NCBI GenBank assembly: GCA_964631685.1
Contig: CAZVZU010000007.1
Span: 26,092 to 90,091, forward strand
Direction: 5' to 3'
Source: an uncultured Actinomycetes bacterium
GTDB taxonomy: Bacteria > SZUA-79 > Acidulodesulfobacterales > Acidulodesulfobacteraceae
Length of the DNA: 64,000 bases
Within the stretch, counting starts at the first letter, position 1, and each line of letters starts with the position of its first letter. The translations under genes were made by a program, and so were the position numbers. A model generated the notes under the pieces. It saw only the letters and a program-made list of their open reading frames with translations, made no database searches and was not told the origin of the DNA. Below, piece after piece: positions 21,140-29,960 of this stretch.

Positions 21140-22505
21140 CTTTTGGCATTACACTTAATGCGGTTGAAATGGCCTTGAACATAATGCATCTAGCAATTTT
21201 TGGTTTTCAACTTTAAGGAAGCGAGGTATTTTTTAATTTAACCCTCACCGCACCAATGGTTTTACGGTATTGGAATTAAGGATATACATGTAAGTTTATC
21301 TCATGAAGAGGTCTTGATTGCATATGACCCTGTAAAAATTAGTAAGGGGGCCATAGAAAAAACTCTAACGGATCTTTGCTATTCCATCAGGGATCCCCGA
21401 AAGGTAAAAGCCTTTGAAGAGCAGGAAGCGGAGATGCAACTTGCTAAGAAATATTTAATTAGCCCTTTTATTCTTGTTTTTATTTCTCTTAGTCTTATGA
21501 TTTTTATGTGGTCAGGTAGCAGGCTAAAGTGGTTTGGTTGGTTAATGTCGGCCTTAGCGCTTGTAACAATGTTTGGACCGGGACGGCACATACAGAAAAA
21601 AGCATGGCAATCTTTAAAAAGGGGTATCCTTAATCAGTATAACTTGTTAGAATTTGGGGCATTTGCAGGGTTAATAGGCGGTTTCATCGGTTTTTTCGTT
21701 TCAAATTTTCCAATAGCGGATTTTTTTGCAGTATCCGTTTTCATAACAAGCTATCATATAGTAAGCGGTTTTGTTAGTTTATCGGTAAGGGCCAAGGCTT
21801 CCCGGGCCACTCAAAAATTATTGGATTTACAACCTAAAACAGCTATTGTTGTTATAAACGGAAAGGAGGTTGTTAGGAAGATTAGCGAGTTAAGGATTGG
21901 CGATTTAGTGAGAGTAAAGCCCGGAGATATAATTCCGGTGGACGGCATTGTTGTCAGAGGAGAAAGTGCGACCGATGAATCCATTGTGACGGGGGAATCA
22001 ATGCCTATTGAAAAGAAGAAGGAAGATGAGGTTGTCGGTGCTTCGATTAATCAGTTCGGTTCATTAGATGTCAAGGTAAATAAGGTTGGATATGAAACAT
22101 TTTTACGACAAGTGGTCAAGCATCTAGAAGAGTCCAGGGCATTAAAGCCCAATATCTTAATAATCGTTGACAAGGCGCTGAAGGTTTTCGTTCCGGGTGT
22201 TCTCATCTTTCGGGCAATGTTTGCCGCCCTTGCCGTTCTTGTTATGGATTATCCTTGCGCACTGGGAATGGCCATGCCCCTTGCTTTAATCAGGGGAGGC
22301 AGGATAGCCGCAAAAAAAAGGAATACTGATGCGTTCGGGAGAAGCATTTCAGGTATTTTCTAAAATTAGCAAGATTGTACTTGAGAAAACAGGCACAATC
22401 ACGCAAGGAAAACCGGCGGTCGTGGAAGTAGTAAATTATGATCATGACAAACAGAGCGTCTTATCCTATCAAATGAATGTTGTAGCTTTATTACAATATT
22501 GTTAA
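21140..22505 (+). pseudogene. Heavy-metal (CopA-type, P1B) P-type ATPase pseudogene: degraded HMA domain, frameshift, truncated after the phosphorylation motif
   Basis: HMA-like remnants occur in mixed frames upstream of 21314. The actuator motif TGESMP is intact. TM6 CPC reads YPC (DYPCALGMAMP). The frame breaks at the A8 run 22312-22319. The shifted frame continues GILMRSGEAFQVFSKISKIVLEKTGTITQGKP (DKTGT has become EKTGT) and stops at 22503-22505, so the N domain, most of the P domain and the last TMs are missing. Confidence 0.8.
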
Positions 22506-22783
22506 TTTTTTGTTGCAATTTCTTAAAGGGCGGTATGTTTCTGAAAATATAGACAAAATTGTGCTACAGTAAAAGCAGAAGAATGATTACCACTTGTAAT
22601 GGCATAAGAGTTTGCGAGAAATGTGGTTTTAATACTAAAAGTATAAAGCATAATATCTATTAACTACCGCATATTCTTTAATTTGGGATCGTCATTTTTT
22701 CAGCAGTAGGAAACGATATGCTTGATATAATCTTGGCTTGTCCAAAAATGTAAATATCTCATAACTTAAGTGCTGTCATAGAA

Positions 22784-22915
22784 TTACTCTTCAACGCTTA
22801 TCTCTACGCTTTCAGGCAAATTATCACAATATTTTTCAAACCAAAATAGTGATTCCTGTACCATGCTGATTTCCAATACATAATTTCCCGGTGTCGCAGG
22901 GGTTTTTAATCTCAT
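22784..22915 (-). other. Displaced reading frame encoding the probable original C-terminus of the 22836..24152 gene
   Basis: The alternative frame reads (V)MRLKTPATPGNYVLEISMVQESLFWFEKYCDNLPESVEISVEE*. The pattern PG.Y.LE..MVQE...WF matches the end of the module that begins in the main frame (HWKNIDG...DGDRTPL). Confidence 0.55.
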
Positions 22916-24152
22916 AACCTATATCCGTGTAAGAAAATGGGAACAGCGGGGTAATGAGGGGCGTTCTATCGCCGTCATAAATTGCATATGTACCATCGAT
23001 ATTTTTCCAATGATAAGCCATATTAATAGGAAATGGCATAATTGACTGCATTGTCATATCGTTATGATTTTCGACCTTAACGGTTAATTCATAATCGGTG
23101 TTGATCTTCATCTTTTTGGAGATATGTTCAACTGTTAATCCAACTTTTAGTTTATGTGTATTCAGAGGTTTCTGTTCCGTTAACAATGACATGTATTGTC
23201 TGGACTTATACGCGTCTATTATTAGGTTTTTCTCTAAAAACAGGTTGTTGATTGGCAGGGGAATATTACTAAATTTACCCTTCTCAATTAAACATACGCT
23301 ATAAATCTCCGGGAATGGAAGAACTATCTCGCGTACAATCTCTTTATTTACGGTATCGTACACAGCAACCTTTGCGTTTCCGATATTATCTGTCCTATTG
23401 GTGCTGATCCCCACAAACATATACCTGCCGCTGAATTGCAATCCTCTTGTGAAGCCGTCAAACAAAACCTCCTCAATATCGCCGTCTTTATCTCGGAAAA
23501 GAACGCTTTTTGTTTCGGAATTGCACACTGCAATCTTGTTTCCAAATTCATAAGGGTTGTGAGGCATGGACAGCCCATCCCATATTTTTTCCTTTGTCTG
23601 GATATCCATAATGAACCCCGTCCCTTTGGTGGGGGTTTTGCCCCAACCAAAGTCATCGTCGCATATGTTAAAAGCTGAAATACAGATCTTGCCATTTATT
23701 ACATTTAAGCAGTTTATATGCCAAGCATTGCCGTCCCCGGGAAATTTTATTCTCTTAACAACTTGAAAGGTTTTTTCATCCAAACAAACTATCTCGTTAG
23801 TGCCGGAAGATACTATATATATTACGCTACTATGGACGAAGATATCATGGGGGTCAGATATACCGTGGTAAACCAAATGCAAAGGATCTAATGGCGAGCT
23901 ACTGCCTGCTACAAGATGAGCATCCTCATAAACCACCATTTCCAACACACTACTTGTAACATACGGCCTATGGCGCATCAACCTGTATAGCTTGTTACTG
24001 TGAATTCCGATGCCTACGGAACTTAGCTCATCTATAACGCTTAATCTTGCTCCCCTTACCCGGACTAATCCGAAATTGGAGTCGTCCTTGGAACTCCCGT
24101 AGCAAGAAATAAGAATATCGTAATCTTCGATATTAAACCGATCATTTACCAT
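22836..24152 (-). CDS. Hypothetical protein, DUF4915/TIGR03032-like beta-propeller-type N-terminal region plus C-terminal beta-sandwich module; 3' end appears frameshifted
   Basis: Strong RBS (TAAGGAG) before ATG 24152. The repetitive beta-strand-like pattern was assigned from memory of the family, not by a search. The natural C-terminus lies in another frame (see next feature). Confidence 0.5.
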   Translation of the reverse strand: MVNDRFNIEDYDILISCYGSSKDDSNFGLVRVRGARLSVIDELSSVGIGIHSNKLYRLMRHRPYVTSSVLEMVVYEDAHLVAGSSSPLDPLHLVYHGISDPHDIFVHSSVIYIVSSGTNEIVCLDEKTFQVVKRIKFPGDGNAWHINCLNVINGKICISAFNICDDDFGWGKTPTKGTGFIMDIQTKEKIWDGLSMPHNPYEFGNKIAVCNSETKSVLFRDKDGDIEEVLFDGFTRGLQFSGRYMFVGISTNRTDNIGNAKVAVYDTVNKEIVREIVLPFPEIYSVCLIEKGKFSNIPLPINNLFLEKNLIIDAYKSRQYMSLLTEQKPLNTHKLKVGLTVEHISKKMKINTDYELTVKVENHNDMTMQSIMPFPINMAYHWKNIDGTYAIYDGDRTPLITPLFPFSYTDIGYEIKNPCDTGKLCIGNQHGTGITILV

Positions 24153-24189
24153 TGTGATATTTTCTCCTTACAGATTAAAGATTAACATA

Positions 24190-24475
24190 TGAAACCATGG
24201 CGGCGATACTATTATTCCAAACACGAAAGCAAACATTAGCAGAATGATAGAAATAGGTTTCGGTTTGCTTGCCCAAATTTATTAAAGTCTCGCGAGAGGC
24301 AAAGACCCAGTGCTTGATAAATAACAATATAATATTATAGGAGTAATTTGTCAAGGTTGCAGAAGAGCTTTCTAAGTGCGAAATCATCGTTGTTTGCCAC
24401 ATTTGCCCGTAAGAAATAGGGGTATTTATAACCCTTTTTATATGTACCTGCTCTGAATTTTTCAATATCCATCAT
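24190..24475 (-). pseudogene. Possible Fic-family N-terminal (Fic_N-like) gene remnant with in-frame stops
   Basis: The minus-strand frame from ATG 24475 reads MMDIEKFRAGTYKKGYKYPYF...LDKLLL*YYIVIYQALGLCLSRDFNKFGQANRNLFLSFC*... This resembles the F(K/R)(A/S)G.Y..GY.Y..F ... ALG.L ... N..LF pattern of Fic N-termini. The 96-aa track ORF (24175..24465) lies in a different frame of the same DNA. Confidence 0.4.
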
Positions 24476-24606
24476 TTTTCTTAAAGTAAAATATAAATCG
24501 TATATCAAGAGATGCTAATGAGATCACTGCGTCATGATGGCAGGATGCTTTTACGAAAGAGTCAAATAACCGCGCTAAAGTGGCAATTAAAAGCACTGGT
24601 TTTGAT

Positions 24607-24647
24607 TATCCCGCCGGTTAACTTTATTTTTGTTAACCGGCGGGATA
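24607..24647. terminator. Perfect 16-bp inverted repeat (stem-loop) just downstream of the P-type ATPase gene
   Basis: TATCCCGCCGGTTAAC-N9-GTTAACCGGCGGGATA. There is no clear U-tract on either side, so its role as a terminator is inferred from position only. Confidence 0.45.
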
Positions 24648-24655
24648 GATATAAA

Positions 24656-26989
24656 TTACGCATATTTTTTCAAGATCGGTACCTTTATAAAATCTAGCAA
24701 AACCATAAAGATCAATGTATAAATTATCGAATACAAGATCAAAATTAATGGAATTGGCGAAACCAACCAGCCGTATATCACCATTAGTGTCGCAAGGGCT
24801 ATGCCACCGAATTCAGCTATTAAAAGAGCCAGTGACGGCATAGAGTTCCATAAATGCGATCTTTCCCGGACTAAGAATATATTTGCATGACCCGAATAGA
24901 CCAATCCTAGAAATACGAGAGAGTCTAGCGCTGCCGGCGATAAATTAAGTATTTTCCAGCCCCACAGATAGATTCCAAAAATATATACGAGCCAGCCAAG
25001 CGAAAATGCCAGCGAAATTTCCATAAGTTCCCTTACGTTCCATTTATTAGGTTTTTTGGAGTATCTCACATTGTCCGTCGAAAGAGACATTGTTACGAAG
25101 TCATTCGTGAAAATAAGCAGAAGAATTACAAGCGGCGTAGCATCAAATTTTCCGAATAGCAGAAGTCCAAGTGCTAAAAATAACCCTATTTGTATGGTTT
25201 TAACTATCTTGTTTGATATGTACGAAAAGAGCCTTTGATAAACCTGCCGTCCTGTTTTTACCGCGCTTATCATGCCCGATAAACCCGGACTAGTAAGGAC
25301 AAGGCTTGCAGAAGCCTTTGCTACGTCGGTAGCATTGGATACTGCAATACCAACTTGTGCCTGTTTGAGTGCCGGTGCATCGTTAACGCCATCGCCAGTC
25401 ATTCCTATAACCTCTTTCCCTCCTTTTTGCAACGCCTTAACAAGATTATATTTATCTTCAGGAAAAATGCCTCCGTACACTTCACAGTTCAAGACCTCAG
25501 GTTTTAGTTCAACCTTTCCTTTTTCTTTTAGGCCGTTATAATCGCAAATTTCCCCGTTTATACCCAATTTTTCTGCAATATAGATTGCGGTGGCAGAATT
25601 ATCACCCGTTAGCATTCTGGTATCAACGCTTAACTCACGTAACTTAGCTATCACCTCTTTTGAATCTGGACGCGGTGGATCGGATAAAGCCAATAACCCA
25701 TAAAATTTAGGGGTGGCTCCCTCTTCTCCGCCCAAAACAGCTATTGTTCTTTCGCCCCTTCTGGCGAACTCTTCGGACTCCTTTTCCCAGTCAATGCTTG
25801 GATCAAATTCTTTTATGATTAAGGGCGAACCCTTTATTGCCATATAATTTTTTCCACCTTCTTCGTAGCGGGCTTCGGAACGCTTGTTAGCGGGGTCAAA
25901 CGGAATAAATTTAGTTTTTTTGGGAATGTCTACATTTAGCTCCTTTGCTTTATCCAGAATAACCTTATCTATGGCATCCATGGTTGCTTCTTCGGAAGCA
26001 AGGGATGCCATTTTTATTAAGTCGCTCTCGCTAAAATTATTGTGAGGACGAATTGTGGACAGAGTGAGCTCGTTTTTGGTTAGTGTTCCTGTCTTGTCGC
26101 TACACAAAATTTCCATTGCGGCGGAATCTTGGATGGCGCTCAGTCTTGTAGTCAAAACGTGCTCTTTTGACAGCGCTAGAGAACCAATTGCATTTGACAG
26201 TGTAAATGTTGGTGGAAGTGCAACTGGAATAGAAGCGATAAGCAATATAAGCGCAAATGGTAATACTTCTTCCATTGGAATGCCGGTGATCGCCGCAAAT
26301 ATAATTATCGCAATTACAAGCAAACCGTCCATGACAAGAAGATATTTAACTATAGACATAATTAGCATTTCTGCTTGGCTTGGAACCTTGGCTAATTTTA
26401 CAAGCTCTGTTGTTTTTCCAAAATAGCTTTTAGTGCCCGTTGCCGAGACCACGCCGCTTACCTCTCCCCTTTTTATAATAGAGCCGGAGTATATCGTATC
26501 CCCTTCCCCTTTCTCTATAGGTAAGGATTCTCCGGTTAATGCGGATTGGTCGACGCCTACGTTTCCCTCTGCGATTTCTAAGTCTGCCGGGGCAAAATCG
26601 CCCATACGCAGGCGAATGTAATCTCCGGGAACCAACTCTCTTGCCGGTAACATGAGCCAGTTACCATCCCTTAAAACCCTTGCCATTACCTGCAGGTTAT
26701 TTCGTAGTAACTCTACGGCGTTTTGGGCTTTTCGTTCATGAAAAAAACCTAAAACAGCATTAAAGAGAAGTAAAAAACCGATTATCACGGCATTTAGGAC
26801 TTTTCCAAAGGCTAATTCTATTAGGAGGGTAGCTTCAAGCATCCATGCTATAAAGCCCCAAAATTTAGATAAAAAAAGTAAAATAGGGCTGCGATGGTCA
26901 TCTGCAACCTCATTAGGGCCGTACTGCTCGAAAAGTTTTTTTGCTTCTTCGCTGGTCAGCCCCTTGGAATGATTCTGGTTCGTTGGCAT
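24656..26989 (-). CDS. P-type ATPase, plasma-membrane proton-pump-like (P3A-like) subfamily
   Basis: GLTSEEAKKLFEQYGPNEV N-terminus, TGESLP, CSDKTGTLTKNELT, MLTGDNSATA, GIFPEDKYNLVKALQ and MTGDGVNDAPALKQAQVGIAV. There is no HMA domain or CPC motif. The subfamily call comes from motif flavour only. Confidence 0.88.
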   Translation of the reverse strand: MPTNQNHSKGLTSEEAKKLFEQYGPNEVADDHRSPILLFLSKFWGFIAWMLEATLLIELAFGKVLNAVIIGFLLLFNAVLGFFHERKAQNAVELLRNNLQVMARVLRDGNWLMLPARELVPGDYIRLRMGDFAPADLEIAEGNVGVDQSALTGESLPIEKGEGDTIYSGSIIKRGEVSGVVSATGTKSYFGKTTELVKLAKVPSQAEMLIMSIVKYLLVMDGLLVIAIIIFAAITGIPMEEVLPFALILLIASIPVALPPTFTLSNAIGSLALSKEHVLTTRLSAIQDSAAMEILCSDKTGTLTKNELTLSTIRPHNNFSESDLIKMASLASEEATMDAIDKVILDKAKELNVDIPKKTKFIPFDPANKRSEARYEEGGKNYMAIKGSPLIIKEFDPSIDWEKESEEFARRGERTIAVLGGEEGATPKFYGLLALSDPPRPDSKEVIAKLRELSVDTRMLTGDNSATAIYIAEKLGINGEICDYNGLKEKGKVELKPEVLNCEVYGGIFPEDKYNLVKALQKGGKEVIGMTGDGVNDAPALKQAQVGIAVSNATDVAKASASLVLTSPGLSGMISAVKTGRQVYQRLFSYISNKIVKTIQIGLFLALGLLLFGKFDATPLVILLLIFTNDFVTMSLSTDNVRYSKKPNKWNVRELMEISLAFSLGWLVYIFGIYLWGWKILNLSPAALDSLVFLGLVYSGHANIFLVRERSHLWNSMPSLALLIAEFGGIALATLMVIYGWLVSPIPLILILYSIIYTLIFMVLLDFIKVPILKKYA

Positions 26990-27138
26990 AAATTAAACCT
27001 CCTGTAAAAGTTAATTTTAGTTACCGCTAAACGCATTTTACCAAATAATATTTGTCGCTCTTTCGACTATATGCACAATTTTCATCTTATTGCAAGGTTT
27101 TTTTAAACCATGCGCATCACAAATAAGTAATATTTTCC

Positions 27139-27201
27139 TTGACAAATAGACGTAATTATAAGATACTTGTATGCGCTATACATTACAAATTTAGTAATGT
27201 A
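27139..27201 (+). promoter_or_regulatory. Candidate promoter (TTGACA-N17-GATACT) and 7-bp inverted repeat operator-like site upstream of the Nramp gene
   Basis: TTGACA lies at 27139-27144. TACATTA-N9-TAATGTA lies at 27179-27201, between the promoter-like hexamers and the AAGGAG RBS. Confidence 0.3.
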
Positions 27202-27233
27202 TTTAAGGAATTTATTATTAAGGAGCATTTGAT

Positions 27234-28592
27234 TTGACGGGCGATAAATATATAGAAGATGAATATCTTGAAGAGGGAAAAACGGTAACGGGGGAAGATG
27301 GCAATAGGAAGAGAAACAGAAGGGGATACGGACATAAAAGAAATAGAATCAGTATATTCAGTAAAAGGTATTTTTATAGAACATTACATTTTCTTAAGGT
27401 TTTGGGGCCTGGATTTGTTGTAATGATTGCAGATATGGATGCAGGTTCGGTCACAACAGCGGGCGTTTCGGGGGCAAGGTGGGGATATAAATTGATTCCG
27501 CTTCAAATTTTATTAATCCCGATACTCTATCTCATTCAGTCTATGACGTCAAGACTTGCTTGTGTTACAAGAAAGGGGCATGGAGAGCTTATAAGGGAGT
27601 TTTATGGTGAAAAATGGGCCATGTTTGCCACAGCTACCCTTTTCGTTGTCGTTTTTTCTGCTTTAATAACGGAATTTTCTGGTATTGCCGCAAGCGGGGA
27701 AATCTTCGGGATTCCGAAGATTTTTACCGTTGGAATAAGTTTTTTGATACTATTTTTTGTAGTTTTCACGGGTAGCTACAAAAGAGCAGAGAGCATTGCC
27801 CTTATTTTTTCTTTATCCGGATTTATATTTATACCCGCTGCAATTTTCGCTCATCCCAATCTTCACGAAGTAGTTTTCAACGGCCTATTATCAAAGCAGC
27901 CGTTAGGCAACAGAAACTATATATGGTTAATAGCTGCAAACGCTGGCGCGGTTATAATGCCGTGGATGATTTATTATCAGCAAAGCGCAACAGTTGATAA
28001 AAATCTATGTAAAAAAGATCTCAAGTTGGCCGCTACAGATACATTAGTAGGTAGTATAGCTACCCAGATTCTTATGATTGCAGTGATAGTGATGACGGCG
28101 GCTACGCTTTATAAAACCGGGATTGAACCCTCGACCGCCAAGGCTATCGGAACATCTTTAATACCGATGGCGGGAAAATATGCAGGACTTTTTTTTGCAA
28201 TAGGACTTTACAGTTCAAGTCTTTTGGCGGCATTTGTGGTTTCCATGGCTTTTACTTGGGCAGCAGGGGAGACATGGGGATATAAACATAGCCTAAATCA
28301 TAAATTTCGCGAAGCAAAAGTCTTTTATTTTATATATATCGCTTTGATTTTTGTTTCGGCCGTGGTTGTTCTATTACCGGGACTTCCGCTTGTTACTCTA
28401 ATGGTTGATGTAGAGGCATTTAACGGGTTTGTTCTACCTATTGTGTTGGGTTTTTTGATAATGCTTGCCGGTAGCAAAAGGATACTCGGGAAATATGTCT
28501 ATTCTAAACCGACGCTTGCAGTGGTGGGACTTTTAAGCATTGCCATGGTTGTTTTAGGCATAATAACCATTTTGCCACAAAATTGGTTTTAG
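27234..28592 (+). CDS. Nramp-family metal ion transporter homologue with non-canonical metal-site motifs
   Basis: TTG start lies 7 nt after AAGGAG. GPGFVVMIADMDAGSVTT aligns with the Nramp TM1 region and AGAVIMPWMIYYQQS with TM6. The protein has about 11 TMS and a basic N-terminal extension. Confidence 0.82.
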   Translation: MTGDKYIEDEYLEEGKTVTGEDGNRKRNRRGYGHKRNRISIFSKRYFYRTLHFLKVLGPGFVVMIADMDAGSVTTAGVSGARWGYKLIPLQILLIPILYLIQSMTSRLACVTRKGHGELIREFYGEKWAMFATATLFVVVFSALITEFSGIAASGEIFGIPKIFTVGISFLILFFVVFTGSYKRAESIALIFSLSGFIFIPAAIFAHPNLHEVVFNGLLSKQPLGNRNYIWLIAANAGAVIMPWMIYYQQSATVDKNLCKKDLKLAATDTLVGSIATQILMIAVIVMTAATLYKTGIEPSTAKAIGTSLIPMAGKYAGLFFAIGLYSSSLLAAFVVSMAFTWAAGETWGYKHSLNHKFREAKVFYFIYIALIFVSAVVVLLPGLPLVTLMVDVEAFNGFVLPIVLGFLIMLAGSKRILGKYVYSKPTLAVVGLLSIAMVVLGIITILPQNWF

Positions 28593-29590
28593 TTATATCC
28601 GTTTGGATTTTTTGACTGCCAATTCCAGCTATCCCTGCACATTTCGTCGATGCCCTTTGTTGCCTTCCAATCTAATACTTGTTTTGCTTTTGTAGCATCG
28701 GCATAGCACTTTGCTATATCCCCCGGTCTACGCGGCATAATTTTGTAATTTATTTGCCTGCCGGATGCTTTCGAAAAAGCATTAACCATATCTAAGACGC
28801 TGTAACCGTTACCTGTCCCAAGGTTTATTGCTTCGCACCGCGGTTTGTTTAAGATTTGGATAGCCCTCACGTGTCCTTTTGCCAAGTCAACTACATGAAT
28901 GTAGTCTCTAACGCCCGTTCCGTCATGTGTATCATAGTCATTACCAAAAATAGAAAGATATTTTCTCTTTTTTATTGCTACTTGAGTTATAAAGGGCATG
29001 AGATTATTAGGAATACCTTGCGGGTCTTCGCCGATTGTTCCGCTTTTATGTGCGCCTACGGGATTAAAGTATCTCAATATAGATATGGACCAGCTATCGT
29101 CAGATACATAAAGGTCTCTGAGTATATCCTCAATAATTAATTTAGTTCGCCCATACGGATTGGTTGTACGAAGTGGGTGGCCCTCTGTGAGCGGCAAAAA
29201 ATCAGGATCGCCGTAAACAGTAGCGGATGAGCTAAATACTATTTTTTTTATGTCGTTTTTCCGCATAGCATTTAAAAGACAAAGTGTACCTTGCACATTA
29301 TTGCCGTAGTAGTCCAACGGTTTTTCAACCGACTCTCCGACTGCCTTAAATCCTGCGAAGTGTATCACGGCATCGGAGCCTTCAAGTGCGTGGCTCAGTT
29401 TATTTTCATCTCGCACATTGCCCTCTATGAAGTCGACAGATTTATCTGTTATTTTTTCTATTCTCTCTATTGCTTTTAGTGAAGAATTTGACAGATCGTC
29501 GTAAACGACAACGTCATATCCTTCACTAAGCAACTCAATGCATGTGTGGGACCCTATATATCCTGCACCCCCGGTAATAAATATCTTCAT
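28589..29590 (-). CDS. galE: UDP-glucose 4-epimerase
   Basis: ITGGAGYIGSH Rossmann motif, SSSATVYG, the YxxxK region PYGRTK, and the C-terminus WNWQSKNPNGY. Confidence 0.9.
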   Translation of the reverse strand: MKIFITGGAGYIGSHTCIELLSEGYDVVVYDDLSNSSLKAIERIEKITDKSVDFIEGNVRDENKLSHALEGSDAVIHFAGFKAVGESVEKPLDYYGNNVQGTLCLLNAMRKNDIKKIVFSSSATVYGDPDFLPLTEGHPLRTTNPYGRTKLIIEDILRDLYVSDDSWSISILRYFNPVGAHKSGTIGEDPQGIPNNLMPFITQVAIKKRKYLSIFGNDYDTHDGTGVRDYIHVVDLAKGHVRAIQILNKPRCEAINLGTGNGYSVLDMVNAFSKASGRQINYKIMPRRPGDIAKCYADATKAKQVLDWKATKGIDEMCRDSWNWQSKNPNGYN

Positions 29591-29799
29591 AATACCTCCA
29601 CCCTTCTTTTATTAAAAAATTGATAACCTTAACGAATAACAAATGTTTTGACCGAATTGCCGGTGATGAAATATTCGCCGGTGAGTTAGCGCTCTTTTGG
29701 TACAACTATATGCAAACACAGCCAACGGCAATTATATCATTGAACAATATGTAACTAAAGAAGTTTTGTTGTTTTGTAGTTAGAGATGAAGCGAAACGC

Positions 29800-29842
29800 C
29801 TGATTTAAAAATATGGATACCGCTCATATATTTTTAAATCAG
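29800..29842. terminator. 15-bp perfect inverted repeat downstream (3') of tRNA-Arg(TCT)
   Basis: CTGATTTAAAAATAT-N13-ATATTTTTAAATCAG. It is A/T-only, so stability is modest. Function is inferred from position. Confidence 0.35.
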
Positions 29843-29883
29843 TAGGCAAGTTAGTTAAACAGTTTATTTACTGCGGTTTTTTA

Positions 29884-29960
29884 TGGTGCGTCCAGCGGGA
29901 CTCGAACCCACGACCCACAGCTTAGAAGGCTGTTGCTCTATCCAGCTGAGCTATAGACGC
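29884..29960 (-). tRNA. tRNA-Arg (anticodon TCT)
   Basis: Reverse complement: acceptor GCGTCTA/TGGACGC, D arm GCTC-AGCTGGATA-GAGC, anticodon loop CTTCTAA, T arm GTGGG-TTCGAGT-CCCGC, encoded ACCA. Confidence 0.92.

Noticed and set aside
22312-22319. The A8 run in the copA-like gene could be a programmed frameshift site, by analogy with the CopA(Z) frameshift known in E. coli copA.
   Set aside because: The site lies after TM6, not after the first HMA domain. The gene also has degenerate CPC and DKTGT motifs and lacks its 3' half, so plain decay explains it.
22583-22663. A 26-codon ORF with CxxxxxCxxC (MITTCNGIRVCEKCGF...) lies in the non-coding gap after the copA remnant.
   Set aside because: It is too short, has no RBS, and lies in decaying DNA. 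There is not enough evidence for a gene.
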